Shown here in pieces: positions 38,775 to 52,713 of a DNA stretch of 64,000 nt. The notes under the pieces are model-generated. The model was given only the letters and a program-made list of their open reading frames with translations, had not been told where the DNA came from and searched no databases. The position numbers and the translations under genes are program-made. This DNA is from Octopus bimaculoides (lineage: Eukaryota): the NCBI RefSeq assembly GCF_001194135.2, contig NC_068982.1, positions 113,427,690 through 113,491,689 on the forward strand. Reading direction: 5' to 3'. The stretch's first letter is position 1. Each line of letters opens with the position of its first letter.

Positions 38775-39664
38775 AAAAAATATTGAATAGTTATGATGAA
38801 CTGTAAAGACAAGAGAAGTGTTTAAATCGATGAATGAAGAAAATTAAAGGATTAAATTCGTTTTCCAATGATAAACAACAGAAACTAATGCAAACGGATA
38901 AAGGATGAAATATGAGATATCAAGTACAAATCTTAATGTTGTTAAGGGCGTCTTACCTGTTTACGTCATCGAACAATTGAATATTTCTTTTTTCTTCTTT
39001 CATGTGATAGCATGAATTACGCTGTCAGTTTTTGTAGCAGCATTCTTTTGGGAAAGTGAAAACATTTACTACATAAAATATTGCACGCGGGAAACTTTCA
39101 ATTTCTTAACAAATGGAGGAATCTCATTTTTTAATTTTTTTTGTTTTTACTTTTTTATCAATATTACACACTGCTTCATCTGAAACCACTGCAAAAATAT
39201 GACTTTTACTCTATTTTGTAATACTGAATTTTATTTACTTATACTGCGTTTTATGACTATTCACAGATAAACAGGGAAAACACACCGTAGTTATCTGAAC
39301 CTTGTTTTTCATGGTTTTTACTACCTAAATACTCAAAGTGTTTAAACGTACTATTCGGCTATGCTCAATATTTCAGTGAATGAACTTCTTCACCAAGCAA
39401 CATGACGAATAACTTCTGTCGACGCTGTCCCCACAACCATCAGGTTGTTGAGACAGCGTTGTACATTATAGATTCTGTGATGAACTAGGTCACTTGTAAA
39501 AAAAATCTTGAATAGTTATGATGAATTGTAAAGACAAGAGAAGTGATTAAATCGATGAATGAAGAAAATTAAGGGATTAAATTCGTTTTTCAATGATAAA
39601 CAACAGAAATTAATGCAAACGGATTAAGGATGAAATATATGAGATATCAAGTAGAAATCTTAAT
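38775..39664 (+). repeat. About 160-bp diverged direct repeat (38775-38937 and 39500-39664)
   Basis: Both copies read ttgaatagttatgatgaa.tgtaaagacaagagaagtg.ttaaatcgatgaatgaagaaaattaa...aatcttaat. Confidence 0.85.
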
Positions 39665-42600
39665 CAGAATTAGATTTAATTTACACATTGTATTTTCTGC
39701 CCTTATCATTTCAGTGAACAATAATATTAAGAAAATATCAATATAATTTAATTATTTTCATCTATAATCTTTTAATAATATTTTCAATATATTTAAATTT
39801 TAAAACAATAGTAGCACCGTTTTCCATAGGGCATTTTCTTTGTCTATACATTTTTTTTAAGCTAATTCAGAGGCTAAGATAAAGCACGAATGAATATATG
39901 GTCACTAGCAAATGCAAAGTTTTCAAATTAGCATCAACTGAACAAGTTCGATAATTTACGCTCTTGCATGTCGTGGTTAAAAGTCATAGCTTAATTGTCA
40001 AAATTACATTTTCTATACTATTTAGTATAGCAGCAACTTCACCAGATTGGAAGCAATAATTTAAACCATTAAAATTAATATTTCCTGTAGATAAGCTAAG
40101 ATGTTCAACAGCAGAATTCAGCATTTTAATTCAATTGTTGATGCCATTCGAAAACTGAACCAAAGTGAATCAGACCTACGGATATCAAATTATTGACGCA
40201 CGAGGTTCATAAATGTTACAGTCGAAAAAATCCGTTATCTTTAGTAGAAAAATTACGTTACAAAAGCTAATATCAAGTCATACTTATTTCGTAGTCATTA
40301 GTATACAGTAGATTGCCGTGAAAAAGACTACTAATTGTGTGCATTTATTTATTAAACAAAAAAATTATCAAAAGTTATTATATTTTCATGGAGAATATAC
40401 CATGACAAAGAGTTACTGAACGATTATTCATGAACCACATTGAACAGTATTCTCTTTCCTACTGTATTTAATATTTTCATTTTTGTGTCTGTTTATTTTG
40501 TGTTTTGTTTTTGTTTTTCAACAAGGTCAAGACAGATTATATTGCATAATTTGGTTATTCATGAGAAAAAGATTGAAAATGTTCATCGATGATAATTAAG
40601 ATATCATAAGCTGAAAAGAAACAAACAGTTGTAAGTGATAAAATATTAAAACACTTTTACGAACTTACAAGAATACTGAATTGTAACATGATCAAATTTA
40701 AATCTATTCCAGAAAAGAAAAAAGAGAAAAAAGAAAAGAAAAATCTTAACCGTCTCAAAAATCTTTTCTGATTTAGCTTTCATTAACGATACTAATGTAC
40801 TACTGGTCAGTTTAAATTCTACATTATCTTAGGCTGAGGAACATTTGGAGTTGCTGACCTAAAATGAACTACAGCAACATGTATGCACACATACACAGAC
40901 AGAGATCAGCATGCAGTGATTCATTCACTTTAGGTATTAATCGCATGGCTTAACAATTCAATTTCTTCTGTACGCAATCCAAGAGAGCTTGTGTGTGTCT
41001 TGACGTATAATTATTTAAACAAGACTATATTTATCTTGAAATGGGCGGTTTAGCTCTGTGAAGTGAAGGAAAGATTAATTTTATAACCATATTTGACTGA
41101 TTGGCTTTTGGGCAGATTGCCCAAAATATCATTTACTAATGCTGGTGTTGAAAGAAAATTCAGATCTCATTGATTGATTTTAAGTTCATACATACATACA
41201 TAAACATATGCGTGTATGCATGCATGTATGTACATATTTGCGTATGTACATGTGTGTATGTGTGTGGGCGGGGGGGGGAAGAGAAATTCATGAATAGTTT
41301 TTATGTATACCTTAAATATAAAGCTGAATAAAGAACTCAATATGGATGAAGTTGAGTTAACTGTTTATATTTTAAAAGTCGACAGCGATTTCGAAGTTTT
41401 CTGAAATTTTATATTTCATGCTGTCAGAGGGGATCTATTTATCAGTAGTATATTAACGTGGAATGTTTTTTTGCTCTGATATAGTGTATTTAGGACAACA
41501 TTATCCAAAATAACCGGCGTGTCCTCCCCATTTATATGAATGATGTTCAAAAACTCATATAAGGCGTAATTTAAAAATTTTTGTTTCTTTCTCGTACATA
41601 TAAGTACGAGTCTCTGTATGTTTGTGAGCCCACATATATATGTGTATATGTATGCACACACACACACACATACACATGTATATGCATTGTTTTGTATATT
41701 TATTGAGATAGATATATGCATATTTGGCATATTTGTATATAGTAAATACACGCTTGTAAGTATATATATGAGTGTGTATATATATCTGTGCCTGTTAGTG
41801 TATGTGTAGTTGCATGTCTGCATATGCGCGCGCGCATAATATTTATCAGCTAATAAAATAAAATGTAAATGTTGTCGATCATGAATTATATTTTACCTCA
41901 ATGTTATAAGGTCAAATTTACAAAATTTGTTCAGAGCAGTGGAAACGCAAAACGCTCATTACAAGTGAGTGTCTTCTCAATAAGCAGTTTTTCACTTAAG
42001 AACGTTTAGCCTGGATAAATGCCACATTCAGCCTTGTTATACCTTTTCATCTGTCACTGTTGTGTGAATAAGAATACCACCTAGAAAAAGAACTGTTTTG
42101 AAAGAGATTGTGCTTAAGTGAATTTAAACTGCATTCAGCCGAATCTTCCATAAATTTCACTAATTATATGTTCCTAGTTAATATTACTACTTACGATTCT
42201 AAAGCTGAATGAGTTCGGTATAGTCTGGAATAAACTGTTGCATATGTTCTTAACATCTTTTAGTGTAAACTATATTATGATTAACACCGATATGTGCAAC
42301 AGGCAAGCCGACAAAGAAGCTTCTACAAGGCAAGTCCACTACCCAGTTGTTTCAGTAAATCTTCCTCAGATTGAATCTTGGTAAAACTGAAGGAGGTGCT
42401 CGAAATATTGGTTACTGTAGTCCCAGGCACTCTATGTCCGAACAAAATGAAATTATCACAACTAAATGAAATCTATTGCAGGTCTTCTCGCTCATTGCTG
42501 AACTGTAAGTAAACAATATCAGCAGTTTGACTTCTAGAAATACCAAATCTAAAATTTACCCTTTGTCGATTAAACAAAGGAAGGAGAAATCAGAGTGTTT

Positions 42601-43333
42601 GAAAACAATACACCTGGAAAAACTGGAATAGACACAACTGGAATGCCTTTTCTGAATCACTGTTGATTTGTCTCTAAATGTCAACAAGAACTAGTAAACA
42701 AAGAGTTAAAGATAAAGTTGAAGGACAATATTAATTGTCTTTGTTGTGCCGAGTCTGGTAGATATTGTTCGACAAATAAGTTCCTCAGCGATTTCAGTCG
42801 CATCTTCCTACAGCTGCCGAATCACCATCAATTTTCACAGTACTACTATAAACTGAAAGATACTTTGAATAAAGCAGTCTTGAATACGGAATGACTGGCA
42901 GATGGAGTAGATATTCATAGGTGTCACTTTTTGGCTTAGTGAAAACAAACGTAAGGCTAAAACACAGCGTCCTGACCGGAAACACCTATCAATGTCTCTT
43001 TGTTTGATTGGACTAGTATAGAGCATATAGCAGATTTGATTCAATCAAGTCTATACAAACTATGAGTAGATGTGTACTATTCATGTGTGGTTGGGTAATA
43101 AACATGTTGTTAATGTTGTTATTGTTGATGTGGTGGTCGAAGAAAATGAAAATATTAGAACCAGTTTATGACTGAATAAATGCGAGAAACTACCGCACAG
43201 TTTGTACTCCCACATCACTAAGCAGGATTAGGCTTTTATAGAAGCTGTTGAATCACAAACATTTATAAGAAATATATCATAATGCTTCACTACATGTAGA
43301 TTTTTAAAATAATTTAGGGATTCATTTTTTAGC

Positions 43334-43781
43334 TGTTACTCCAATGAGGGGAAAGAGACCATGATTTCTTAGGTTTTTCTAGACTTTTGAGATCGATGTA
43401 GTTGATATTCAGTTTGAAGATTTGTAGATCAATCGTTTATAGGTCGCTAATTCGTAGGGCCACATTAGCTTGAAAGTGTGTAGGCTCATGATCTGTAGAT
43501 CGACAAATAAGGTCGTCGATGAAGGGAAGAAAACCACGGGATGAAATAGTGGAATAAACGGTAAGTGGAGAATACACAAAATTCGTTGGGAAAGGTATAT
43601 AAACAGCTAGTTCAAAAGAGTAGAGTAGACAGCGAGTCCATCATCCTGAGTCTGTTGCGTGTTTTTGGAGTATTTGCTTAGTGATGTGAGAGTACAAACT
43701 GTGCGGCAGTTTTTCGTATTTATTCAATAATAAACTGATTCCAATATTCTCATTTCTACGATATTTGGGTGTGTAGCAACA
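43334..43781 (+). mobile_element. Probable solo LTR (448 bp)
   Basis: Termini TGTTAC...GCAACA (TG...CA, 5/6 inverted match), TATATAAA at 43596-43603, AATAAA at 43729-43734. No matching TSD seen. Confidence 0.5.
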
Positions 43782-44443
43782 GAACTGTCTCAAATAGATA
43801 ACCTGTATTCAATTATTTGTCTTATTTGGAATTCTTAGGTCTACAACTGATGAGACCTGACAGATTCTCTGGTCCTGATAATCAAGATGATTTAGAGATT
43901 AGGGCTAGAGTAAAACATGCAACAATCACATCAGTGTTTTAAATAGGTTAGATATTAATGCTGAAGGAGAGGGAAGAGGAATTTGGGGTATGTCCTGTTA
44001 AGGAATGCGGAAGATGTAGAAAAGAAATAGTTTAAAAGAGGCACTCAAGGCAGCGCCATGAAAATGTGCCGTAGTTAAATGGCCTGACGGAAAGTTTTGA
44101 TGTACGCTTTCAGAGGCAAATAAATTCATAACCAAAAGAATTTATGCAAAACAGGGTCAAAGATTAGCAAATGATAACGGAGAATATGAATTTTATATTC
44201 ACCTAAAGTTTCAGGAACACAAGGCAATTGGAGAGTAACATAAAGGAAACTGACCCCAACAGATGAAGTGTCGTGAGTTCATAGTTTCTTGACCCAGTAT
44301 ACTAAAATGGAAAGCCAATAAGATATCGCTTTTAGATAAAGCGTCCCTACATAAAATTTTATATATTGCGTTATTGAGGAGAAAAATAAATAATACATAA
44401 TGAGGATAAAATGTTGAAAGGTGTGATAATAATATGTGTATGC

Positions 44444-44482
<39 letters not shown>

Positions 44483-46190
44483 TATATATTTACATATATA
44501 TGTATATATATATGTTAAATATGTATATATATGTATGTATGTTTGAATATGGATAACAACTTATGCAATTACAGTTTAAGTAGCTGTTCGACTATAACAC
44601 TTGTGACGAAAGTTCTTCAGATCAAAGAAATATCAACAAAACATCTTAGAACGAACTTTTAATTGTACAGACATATTTCTCCCCTATTAAAGTGAATATG
44701 TGGCCTATGCTTCATCACACAGACGTGTGCGCGTACATACACACATAGATATGCTGAATGAAATATACATAAGTAAAAGCAGCACTCTTATATTCACGAT
44801 TATTCGGACACATAAACACCATATACGCACATATAATATATATTCATACGTGTACAAATATATGCATACCTGCAAATGCAAATGTACTCCTAAACACAAT
44901 CTTGAAAGCTAATTTAAGCAAAAAGCAATCACAGATGTATATATACATATATANNNNNNNNNNNNNNNNNNNNNNNNNNNNNNNNNNNNNNNNNNNNNNN
45001 NNNNNNNNNNNNNNNNNNNNNNNNNNNNNNNNNNNNNNNNNNNNNNNNNNNNNNNNNNNNNNNNNNNNNNNNNNNNNNNNNNNNNNNNNNNNNNNNNNNN
45101 NNNNNNNNNNNNNNNNNNNNNNNNNNNNNNNNNNNNNNNNNNNNNNNNNNNNNNNNNNNNNNNNNNNNNNNNNNNNNNNNNNNNNNNNNNNNNNNNNNNN
45201 NNNNNNNNNNNNNNNNNNNNNNNNNNNNNNNNNNNNNNNNNNNNNNNNNNNNNNNNNNNNNNNNNNNNNNNNNNNNNNNNNNNNNNNNNNNNNNNNNNNN
45301 NNNNNNNNNNNNNNNNNNNNNNNNNNNNNNNNNNNNNNNNNNNNNNNNNNNNNNNNNNNNNNNNNNNNNNNNNNNNNNNNNNNNNNNNNNNNNNNNNNNN
45401 NNNNNNNNNNNNNNNNNNNNNNNNNNNNNNNNNNNNNNNNNNNNNNNNNNNNNNNNNNNNNNNNNNNNNNNNNNNNNNNNNNNNNNNNNNNNNNNNNNNN
45501 NNNNNNNNNNNNNNNNNNNNNNNNNNNNNNNNNNNNNNNNNNNNNNNNNNNNNNNNNNNNNNNNNNNNNNNNNNNNNNNNNNNNNNNNNNNNNNNNNNNN
45601 NNNNNNNNNNNNNNNNNNNNNNNNNNNNNNNNNNNNNNNGTGTGTGTGTGTGTGTGTGTGTGTGCGTGCGTGTGTGTGTGTAAATATATATATATATATA
45701 TATAGTTTAGGACAATCAGTAAGTTGTTATTATAGTACTCAGAGTTTCAAATGCCGGAACGAAGAGCTACGATACATTCTCGTTTGCTATTAATGGCAAT
45801 AGACGCTATGAAAAACCGTTGAATAACAGGGAAGTTACTCTAATATGTACAAAAATATATATAAGATAAAAAATATACGCAACCATATTCTCACAATACA
45901 TAGACATAAAACCTCCTGCATTTATAACGTCCACATACGTACACACTCACGCAAATATGTATATGTACTTGCACATACACACACAAACATATATGTGCAT
46001 GTACGTATTCATACCTATACACATATGGATATGTGTGTTTACTTCCCAGTAATCTAGCGGTTCGGTAAAAGGTTCCGATATAATAAGTGCTAGGCTTACA
46101 AAGAATAAGTCCTGGGGTCGATTTGTTCGACTAAAGGCGGTGTTCCAGCATGGCCGCAGTCAAATGCGTGAAACAAATAGAATAATTAAA

Positions 46191-46226
<36 letters not shown>

Positions 46227-47826
46227 CGGAGATTTGGTTGCTATTTCTAGCAGGTAATGAGATAATACTGACGCTACCTCATTGGTTTGATAATTTGATA
46301 AGAAAAGATGTTTCTTGTAACCTGAAACATGCCAAGTTAAAGAATTCTTCCCGCAGACCAACGCATTACATCCGTTTCTTTTGTTTATTTGTAAAGAATG
46401 CAGAACATTTATTCACGCATTGCATCACCAGTGTGTTTATCACTTTACATTGCGTCTACGTCTTGTTTTAATGATGAATAAAATAATTATTACTAAAATG
46501 TATTTAATAAAAAATAAAATAAAACATTAGAAAATCCAGGACAAATACCCTTCCATGTTACATCTATTAAGAGATTTTTCATACATTTGAAACCTTTTTC
46601 GTAGGTTTTCAATGTTCATCACGATGTACAATCGAAATAAGTAATCAGAGTACGCTTAGAAGCGAAAGCTTTGAAAAAATATTTATTTGAAGGATTTCTT
46701 TGTAACCGTAGTTTTATTTTTGAAGGTTCTATGATAATTTCTAGTGGTGAAAAAAAAATTAAAGCCATGTATTACAAACGTAGGAAAAAGAACATATAAA
46801 CTGAAATACATAAATTGTTGTGAGGTGACTTAGGGTCTACATTTATAGAAGCTGCGTTGCAAAATGGAACAGCGTGGTCATCCATAGAGGAATCTTTTTG
46901 CTTTCAGATTCAGGCTGAATAAGCAATAATTAGTATAATTCATTTACATAATCTTGACTTCTGTTTGTGGTGAAACGTCAAAGAGGGAATATCAATGAAG
47001 CTATAATGCAGAGTTTCTTTGGCTACAAATCAATAGTCATATGGAAATGTATATTATGTCGCACCGTTTGAATATTGGGTATTCCTTTTACTGAAGTGTT
47101 CCAAGTTATTTCTTCAAAACTAATGAAGACTTTAAACTGTAATAGATTTCTTTCCTATACAAAGCTTTTGTAATAGCTACATCATATATTTGTATTTTCA
47201 GTATACTACAAATTCTGAAAATGGAGGAAAAGTTTAGAAGTGAGTAGTGCATTTCAATGAGGAAACTCACAGTATGATTGATACGGGATGCGCAGAAAAC
47301 GGTTGTGGCATGGAGATTAGTGTTGACGACATATGCAACTAACTAGATTCAAGGATCAGAGTTCATTATATAGTAAGGAAAAAAAGACTGATTGAGAACA
47401 TCATATTTATAAGACAGATGTTTGGTCTGTTAATGAATGACTAAGTGACAATTAGTTGGGCGGTCAAGTTTTGCAGTCCTGAAGTCTGTGTGTATATTGC
47501 AGTAGAGAGAAATTGTGTGACAGTCATTTCTTTATTAAGGATATTATCATCAAGCGGAAAATGAACCGTAAAATCAAAAGAATGTGTGAAATCTACTATT
47601 GAACTTGTCTGACAATGTTTGCTACTGCTTCTGTGTCAGGATTGCAGAGCATACTTTGCACATATAAAGAGCAAAACAAAATTTTACGTAACTGGTTCTG
47701 AAACCATTTGATATAAATAATCTTATAGTAATTGCATGTCATTGTAAAATTGTTTACTTCATTCTTCATTAAGAACACATTGATGAAATTTTCATCAAAA
47801 ATATTTGTTTTTAATATTTGTGTAAC

Positions 47827-48042
47827 AAGGACGGCAAGCTGACAAACCCGTTAGCACGCCGGACAAAATGCTTAGAGGTATTTCGTCCGTCTTTACGTTC
47901 TGGGTTCAAATTCTGCTGAGCTCAACTTTACCTTTCATCCCTTTGGGGGTCGATAAGATAAGTAGCAGTGGAGCCCTGGGGTCGATGTAATCGACTTACC
48001 CCCACCTCCGAAATTGCTGGCCTTGAGATAAAATTTGAAATC
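47827..48042 (+). mobile_element. Family-A SINE (full length)
   Basis: Collinear with 924-1133. Confidence 0.8.
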
Positions 48043-50500
48043 ACTACGGCCCTTGTCAAATTAGACTACACTACTTTAGGCTAGAAATCAGTCACTGATT
48101 TCTGGCTGAAACATTTTGCAATTACTGTTTCACCATACATCACAAACACAGAAAGACGTCTTGTATGGTAAGTTTTAACAAATCTCTACAGGAAATGATT
48201 TATTACAGAACATTAATAACTTACACATGTCAATCACATTTTGTCGGCGGCGCTGATAATTACATTCGATTACACAACTTGAAAATACATTATGGTACAA
48301 CTTCAGAAGGATGATTTTACTTTCTCAATAATATTTATCTTAATTTTAAAACACTTACAAAGAAAAGTAGATCTTCGATATTTCTCAGAATATTAAATTT
48401 CTTCGTGCAGTTCTTGATAAGATTTGAGATGAAACGAATAGTCTACCAGTGGAGTCATCATGCATTCCTAACCAGATTGCTGAACCAATTCATTACATGC
48501 TAATAAGTAGTTAGCTATTTTATAGACACAATTAACCTCATTAGTCCGAAAACTAGCATACGTCAAAGATTTATTTAGCTTAGGTTTGTTTGTTTTTTGT
48601 TTTGTTTTTTACGGCGTTTGCTTTTTATCATTATATTAGTTTCTATAATTTGCTTCGATTTCAAGAATCTTTATTTCAACACAGCTTGTTGCTGGGTTAC
48701 AAATATAATGAAACACCACGCAGTGCTATTGGTTTCTTTTACTTGGGCAAATAAAAGAGATAAAATTGTTTTGTTTTTTTTTTTCCTTTTCTGTTTTATT
48801 ATTTTTCCTTTTCCTGTCGTTATATTAGACGGTTATAAGAAATTCTGTATTGATTATTCGCTGCCACAAAATTGATGATAAAATCAAATGTTTCAAAGAG
48901 GCAAGCCTATCAAGGATCAATGTTTTTGCCGACCTACTGCCGTTATATTGCTTTTTCCCAAATCTAAAGAATTTATCTGTTTATTTATATTTTTAGCCTA
49001 CGCTATCTCTGCTCAAATATATTTTTTCAAAAATGCATTTTTGTACTTTTGTCTATGAATGGTTCACAGAAATGCTTTAGTCACAGAGTTCTGCAGCATT
49101 CATTCTATTGCCAATTTTCAGCTGATGCTTATTTACCAATCAGAATGAAATCGAACTAATACAATATTAGTGTCCATGTTATTTTGATAAAAATTCTATC
49201 TGAATGCTTAATAAATTCGTACACTTTCTCTAACCTAGCTTACAAAGATCTGAGTGGTTGGAAGGGAAGCATTGATTTTTTTCCATAGTAGTGAATAGAA
49301 CTCTAGTTATATTATATTTTATCATTTATCTAAATAAATGAGAACGTAGCATTATATAAATTTATTGTTGAAAAGAGACAATACATGTTCCTGTTTCATG
49401 TTTCAAGTAACTTCTTTTTTATCTAAATTAATCAGACGTATCTATATTTACACTCAGGTTTTGTGCATGTTAGTAGAAATATACTTGATTTTGTTAAAAG
49501 GGTATAGACATTCCTAAATTGTATGATTATAATTTACTTTTCACTCATATTGAATACGTTCTACATAAAGGCGTTATTTTTTGCATTGAATATTGGAAAA
49601 AATATTTTATATTTCGTAAGTGACATTCAATCATTTGTTTCACATATGTTTGCGAAATAATGTCAAGTATATTCAATGCAATACATAAAAACACATTTTA
49701 TATATTTCTCTTCATTTTAACATCCTTCGTCCCCAAATGAAAATAATACACACCCGTACATAAGGAAGGTTCTACGTGGTCGTTCCACCGAATAAAAATT
49801 ATAATGAACTCTCCATCAAAACACAACCTCCAGTCTTTAAGAATGGTAAGTACATATTAGCTTAATGAAGTCCTACATATCCCTAAAGGACGAGATGGTC
49901 ATATTTGAAGTGTATTTTATTGTAGTTCTGATCTGTTGTTTGAGTACAGTATCAATGCACAGAGGCATCGGTCAATGGATGAACAGCTCTTTTTCAGATC
50001 TAGAGAACTACTTAGTTTACCAAGTTTACCAAGGTATTACGAGGTCACAACCACATTAATTCTATAACGTTTTGCCTCTTACAGCAGAGTTGTATACATT
50101 TTTACTTGCAATCAAAAGTTACTGATTTCTAAAAGAATGAAGCAGACATATGAGACATTGGCACCGTGATCTTTGAAACACTTTATTAGCGACCTGTGCC
50201 TTTGTGAGGGAAACTAAACCAGTGATGTCTGAGAGACAGTATCAGCAGTTTAAGTTACCGTATCTCCAACATGTGACTATATCATCGACTTATAGACAAC
50301 TGAAAAATATGAGAAGGTCAGAGCTAGAATGTTTTTGACCACAGATTTGTTCAGTTGAGGTTAATCTGGACCTAAACAACAATATTAACTACTACTACTA
50401 CTGCGGCTATTGCTACAGTTGCTATTACTACTGGTGCTGCTACACTTGCTGCTGCTATTGTTATTACTATCACTACTACTACTACAACTAATAATAATAA

Positions 50501-50733
50501 TTCTTTCTACTGAAAGCACAAGGCCTCAAATTCGAGGGAAGGGATTAAGCCGATTACATTGACCCTAGGGCGTAACTGGTACTTATTTAATTGACCCCGA
50601 AACGATAAAAGGCGTAGTCGACCTCGGCGGAATTTGAACTCAGAACGTAAAGACGGACGAAATACCGCTAAGCATACCAATCGGCGTGCTAACTAGTCTG
50701 CTAGCTCTCCGCCTTAACAACAACAACAACAAC

Positions 50734-50799
<66 letters not shown>

Positions 50800-51344
50800 T
50801 AATAATAATAATAAATTTAATAATACTACCTACAATAGGCACAAGGCCTGACATCTTTGGGAAGGGGACCAGTCGACTACATCAACACCAGTGCGTAATC
50901 GGTACTTAATTTATCGACACCGAAAGAATAAAAGGCAAAATTTATCGACCTCGAAAGGAGGAAGGGCAAAAATCTACCCCGGCGGCATTTGAACTCACAA
51001 CGTGATGACAGATAAAATACTGCTAAGCATCTCGCCCGGCGAGCTAACGATTCTGCCAGATCGCAGCCTTAACAACAACAACAACAGCAAATAATAATGA
51101 TAATAATTCCAATAATAATAATAATAATAATATTTTCTACTCTAGGCACAAGGTCCGAAATTTTGGAGGAGGGTACCAGTCGATTACATCCACCCCAGTA
51201 TGCAACTGGTGCTTAATTTATCGACTCTGAAAGGATGAAATGCAAGTCGACCTCAGTGGAATTTGAACTCAGAACGTAAAGACAGACGAAATACTGCTAA
51301 GTATTTCTCCCAGCGTGCTAACGTTTCTGCCAGCTCGCCGCCTT
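50501..51344 (-). mobile_element. Three head-to-tail family-A SINEs (50501-50715, 50826-51070, 51132-51344) separated by (AAT)n/(AAC)n
   Basis: Each is the reverse complement of the 924-1133 consensus. Confidence 0.85.
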
Positions 51345-51415
51345 CCAAAACAGAAATATCATTAAATTCTACTATAGTAATGAGTACCCTTTCTTCCGAT
51401 TGCCTATATTAAACT

Positions 51416-51475
<60 letters not shown>

Positions 51476-51489
51476 TTTTCTTTTTTTTT

Positions 51490-52204
51490 ACCAAAAACAT
51501 ATAATGAAAAGAAACATAACAAGTAACTGTAAAATATGTGGGGATGGACAAGAAACAATAAATCATATTATCCTTGGCTGCCCAGTCCTGACTAAGAAGG
51601 AATATATTCACAGACACGACAGAGCTGGGACCTATATACACTGGAAGCTATGACAACATTATGGAATAACAACAGAAAAAAGATGGTATAAACACACGCC
51701 AGAAAAGGTCACAGAAAACGAGAAAGCAACCATACTCTGGGATATGCCAATACACACAGATAGAGAAATTAAGGCCAATAGACCAGATATAGTTATCAAA
51801 GATCATGAAGAAAAAAAATGCTTTCTAATTGATGTATCAATACCAGCAGATGACAACGTTTCCCTAAAAGAAATGGAAAAACTTTCAAAATACAAAGACC
51901 TGGGAATAGAGGTAACTCGAATGTGGAATCTAAAAACAGAAACAATTCCTATCATAGTAGGCGCCTTAGGTATAATAAAAAAAATATTCAGACAAATACA
52001 TAACAAAAACACCAGGACTTACAAATATATGTAACATACAGAAAATTGCACTACTGACCACTGCACACATTCTACGCAAAACACTTTCAATACATAAGAG
52101 CATCACAGCAAACCACAGCACATACTCAAGGCACACAGAGCTGCACTTGGTAGTGAAGTGAAAGCACGTTATAAAAATAAAACTACTGAACAATAATAAT
52201 AATA
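51490..52204 (+). mobile_element. 5'-truncated R4/Dong-like LINE 3' end (CCHC plus RLE domain)
   Basis: NCKIC..GQETINHIILGCPVL, LWDMPIHTDREIKANRPDIVIKD...LIDVSIP...EKLSKYKDL; 3'UTR ends in (AAT)n; (AAT)n 51417-51475 lies on the 5' side. Confidence 0.9.
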
Positions 52205-52713
52205 NNNNNNNNNNNNNNNNNNNNNNNNNNNNNNNNNNNNNNNNNNNNNNNNNNNNNNNNNNNNNNNNNNNNNNNNNNNNNNNNNNNNNNNNNNNNNNNN
52301 NNNNNNNNNNNNNNNNNNNNNNNNNNNNNNNNNNNNNNNNNNNNNNNNNNNNNNNNNNNNNNNNNNNNNNNNNNNNNNNNNNNNNNNNNNNNNNNNNNNN
52401 NNNNNNNNNNNNNNNNNNNNNNNNNNNNNNNNNNNNNNNNNNNNNNNNNNNNNNNNNNNNNNNNNNNNNNNNNNNNNNNNNNNNNNNNNNNNNNNNNNNN
52501 NNNNNNNNNNNNNNNNNNNNNNNNNNNNNNNNNNNNNNNNNNNNNNNNNNNNNNNNNNNNNNNNNNNNNNNNNNNNNNNNNNNNNNNNNNNNNNNNNNNN
52601 NNNNNNNNNNNNNNNNNNNNNNNNNNNNNNNNNNNNNNNNNNNNNNNNNNNNNNNNNNNNNNNNNNNNNNNNNNNNNNNNNNNNNNNNNNNNNNNNNNNN
52701 NNNNNNNNNNNNN

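Noticed and set aside
41416-41610. Minus ORF tail ...INGEDTPVILDNVVLNTLYQ...
   Set aside because: Weak acceptor adjacent to a microsatellite, and no recognisable domain.
50380-51480. CRISPR-like regular array
   Set aside because: The units are about 210-bp eukaryotic SINEs with microsatellite spacers, and no cas genes are present.
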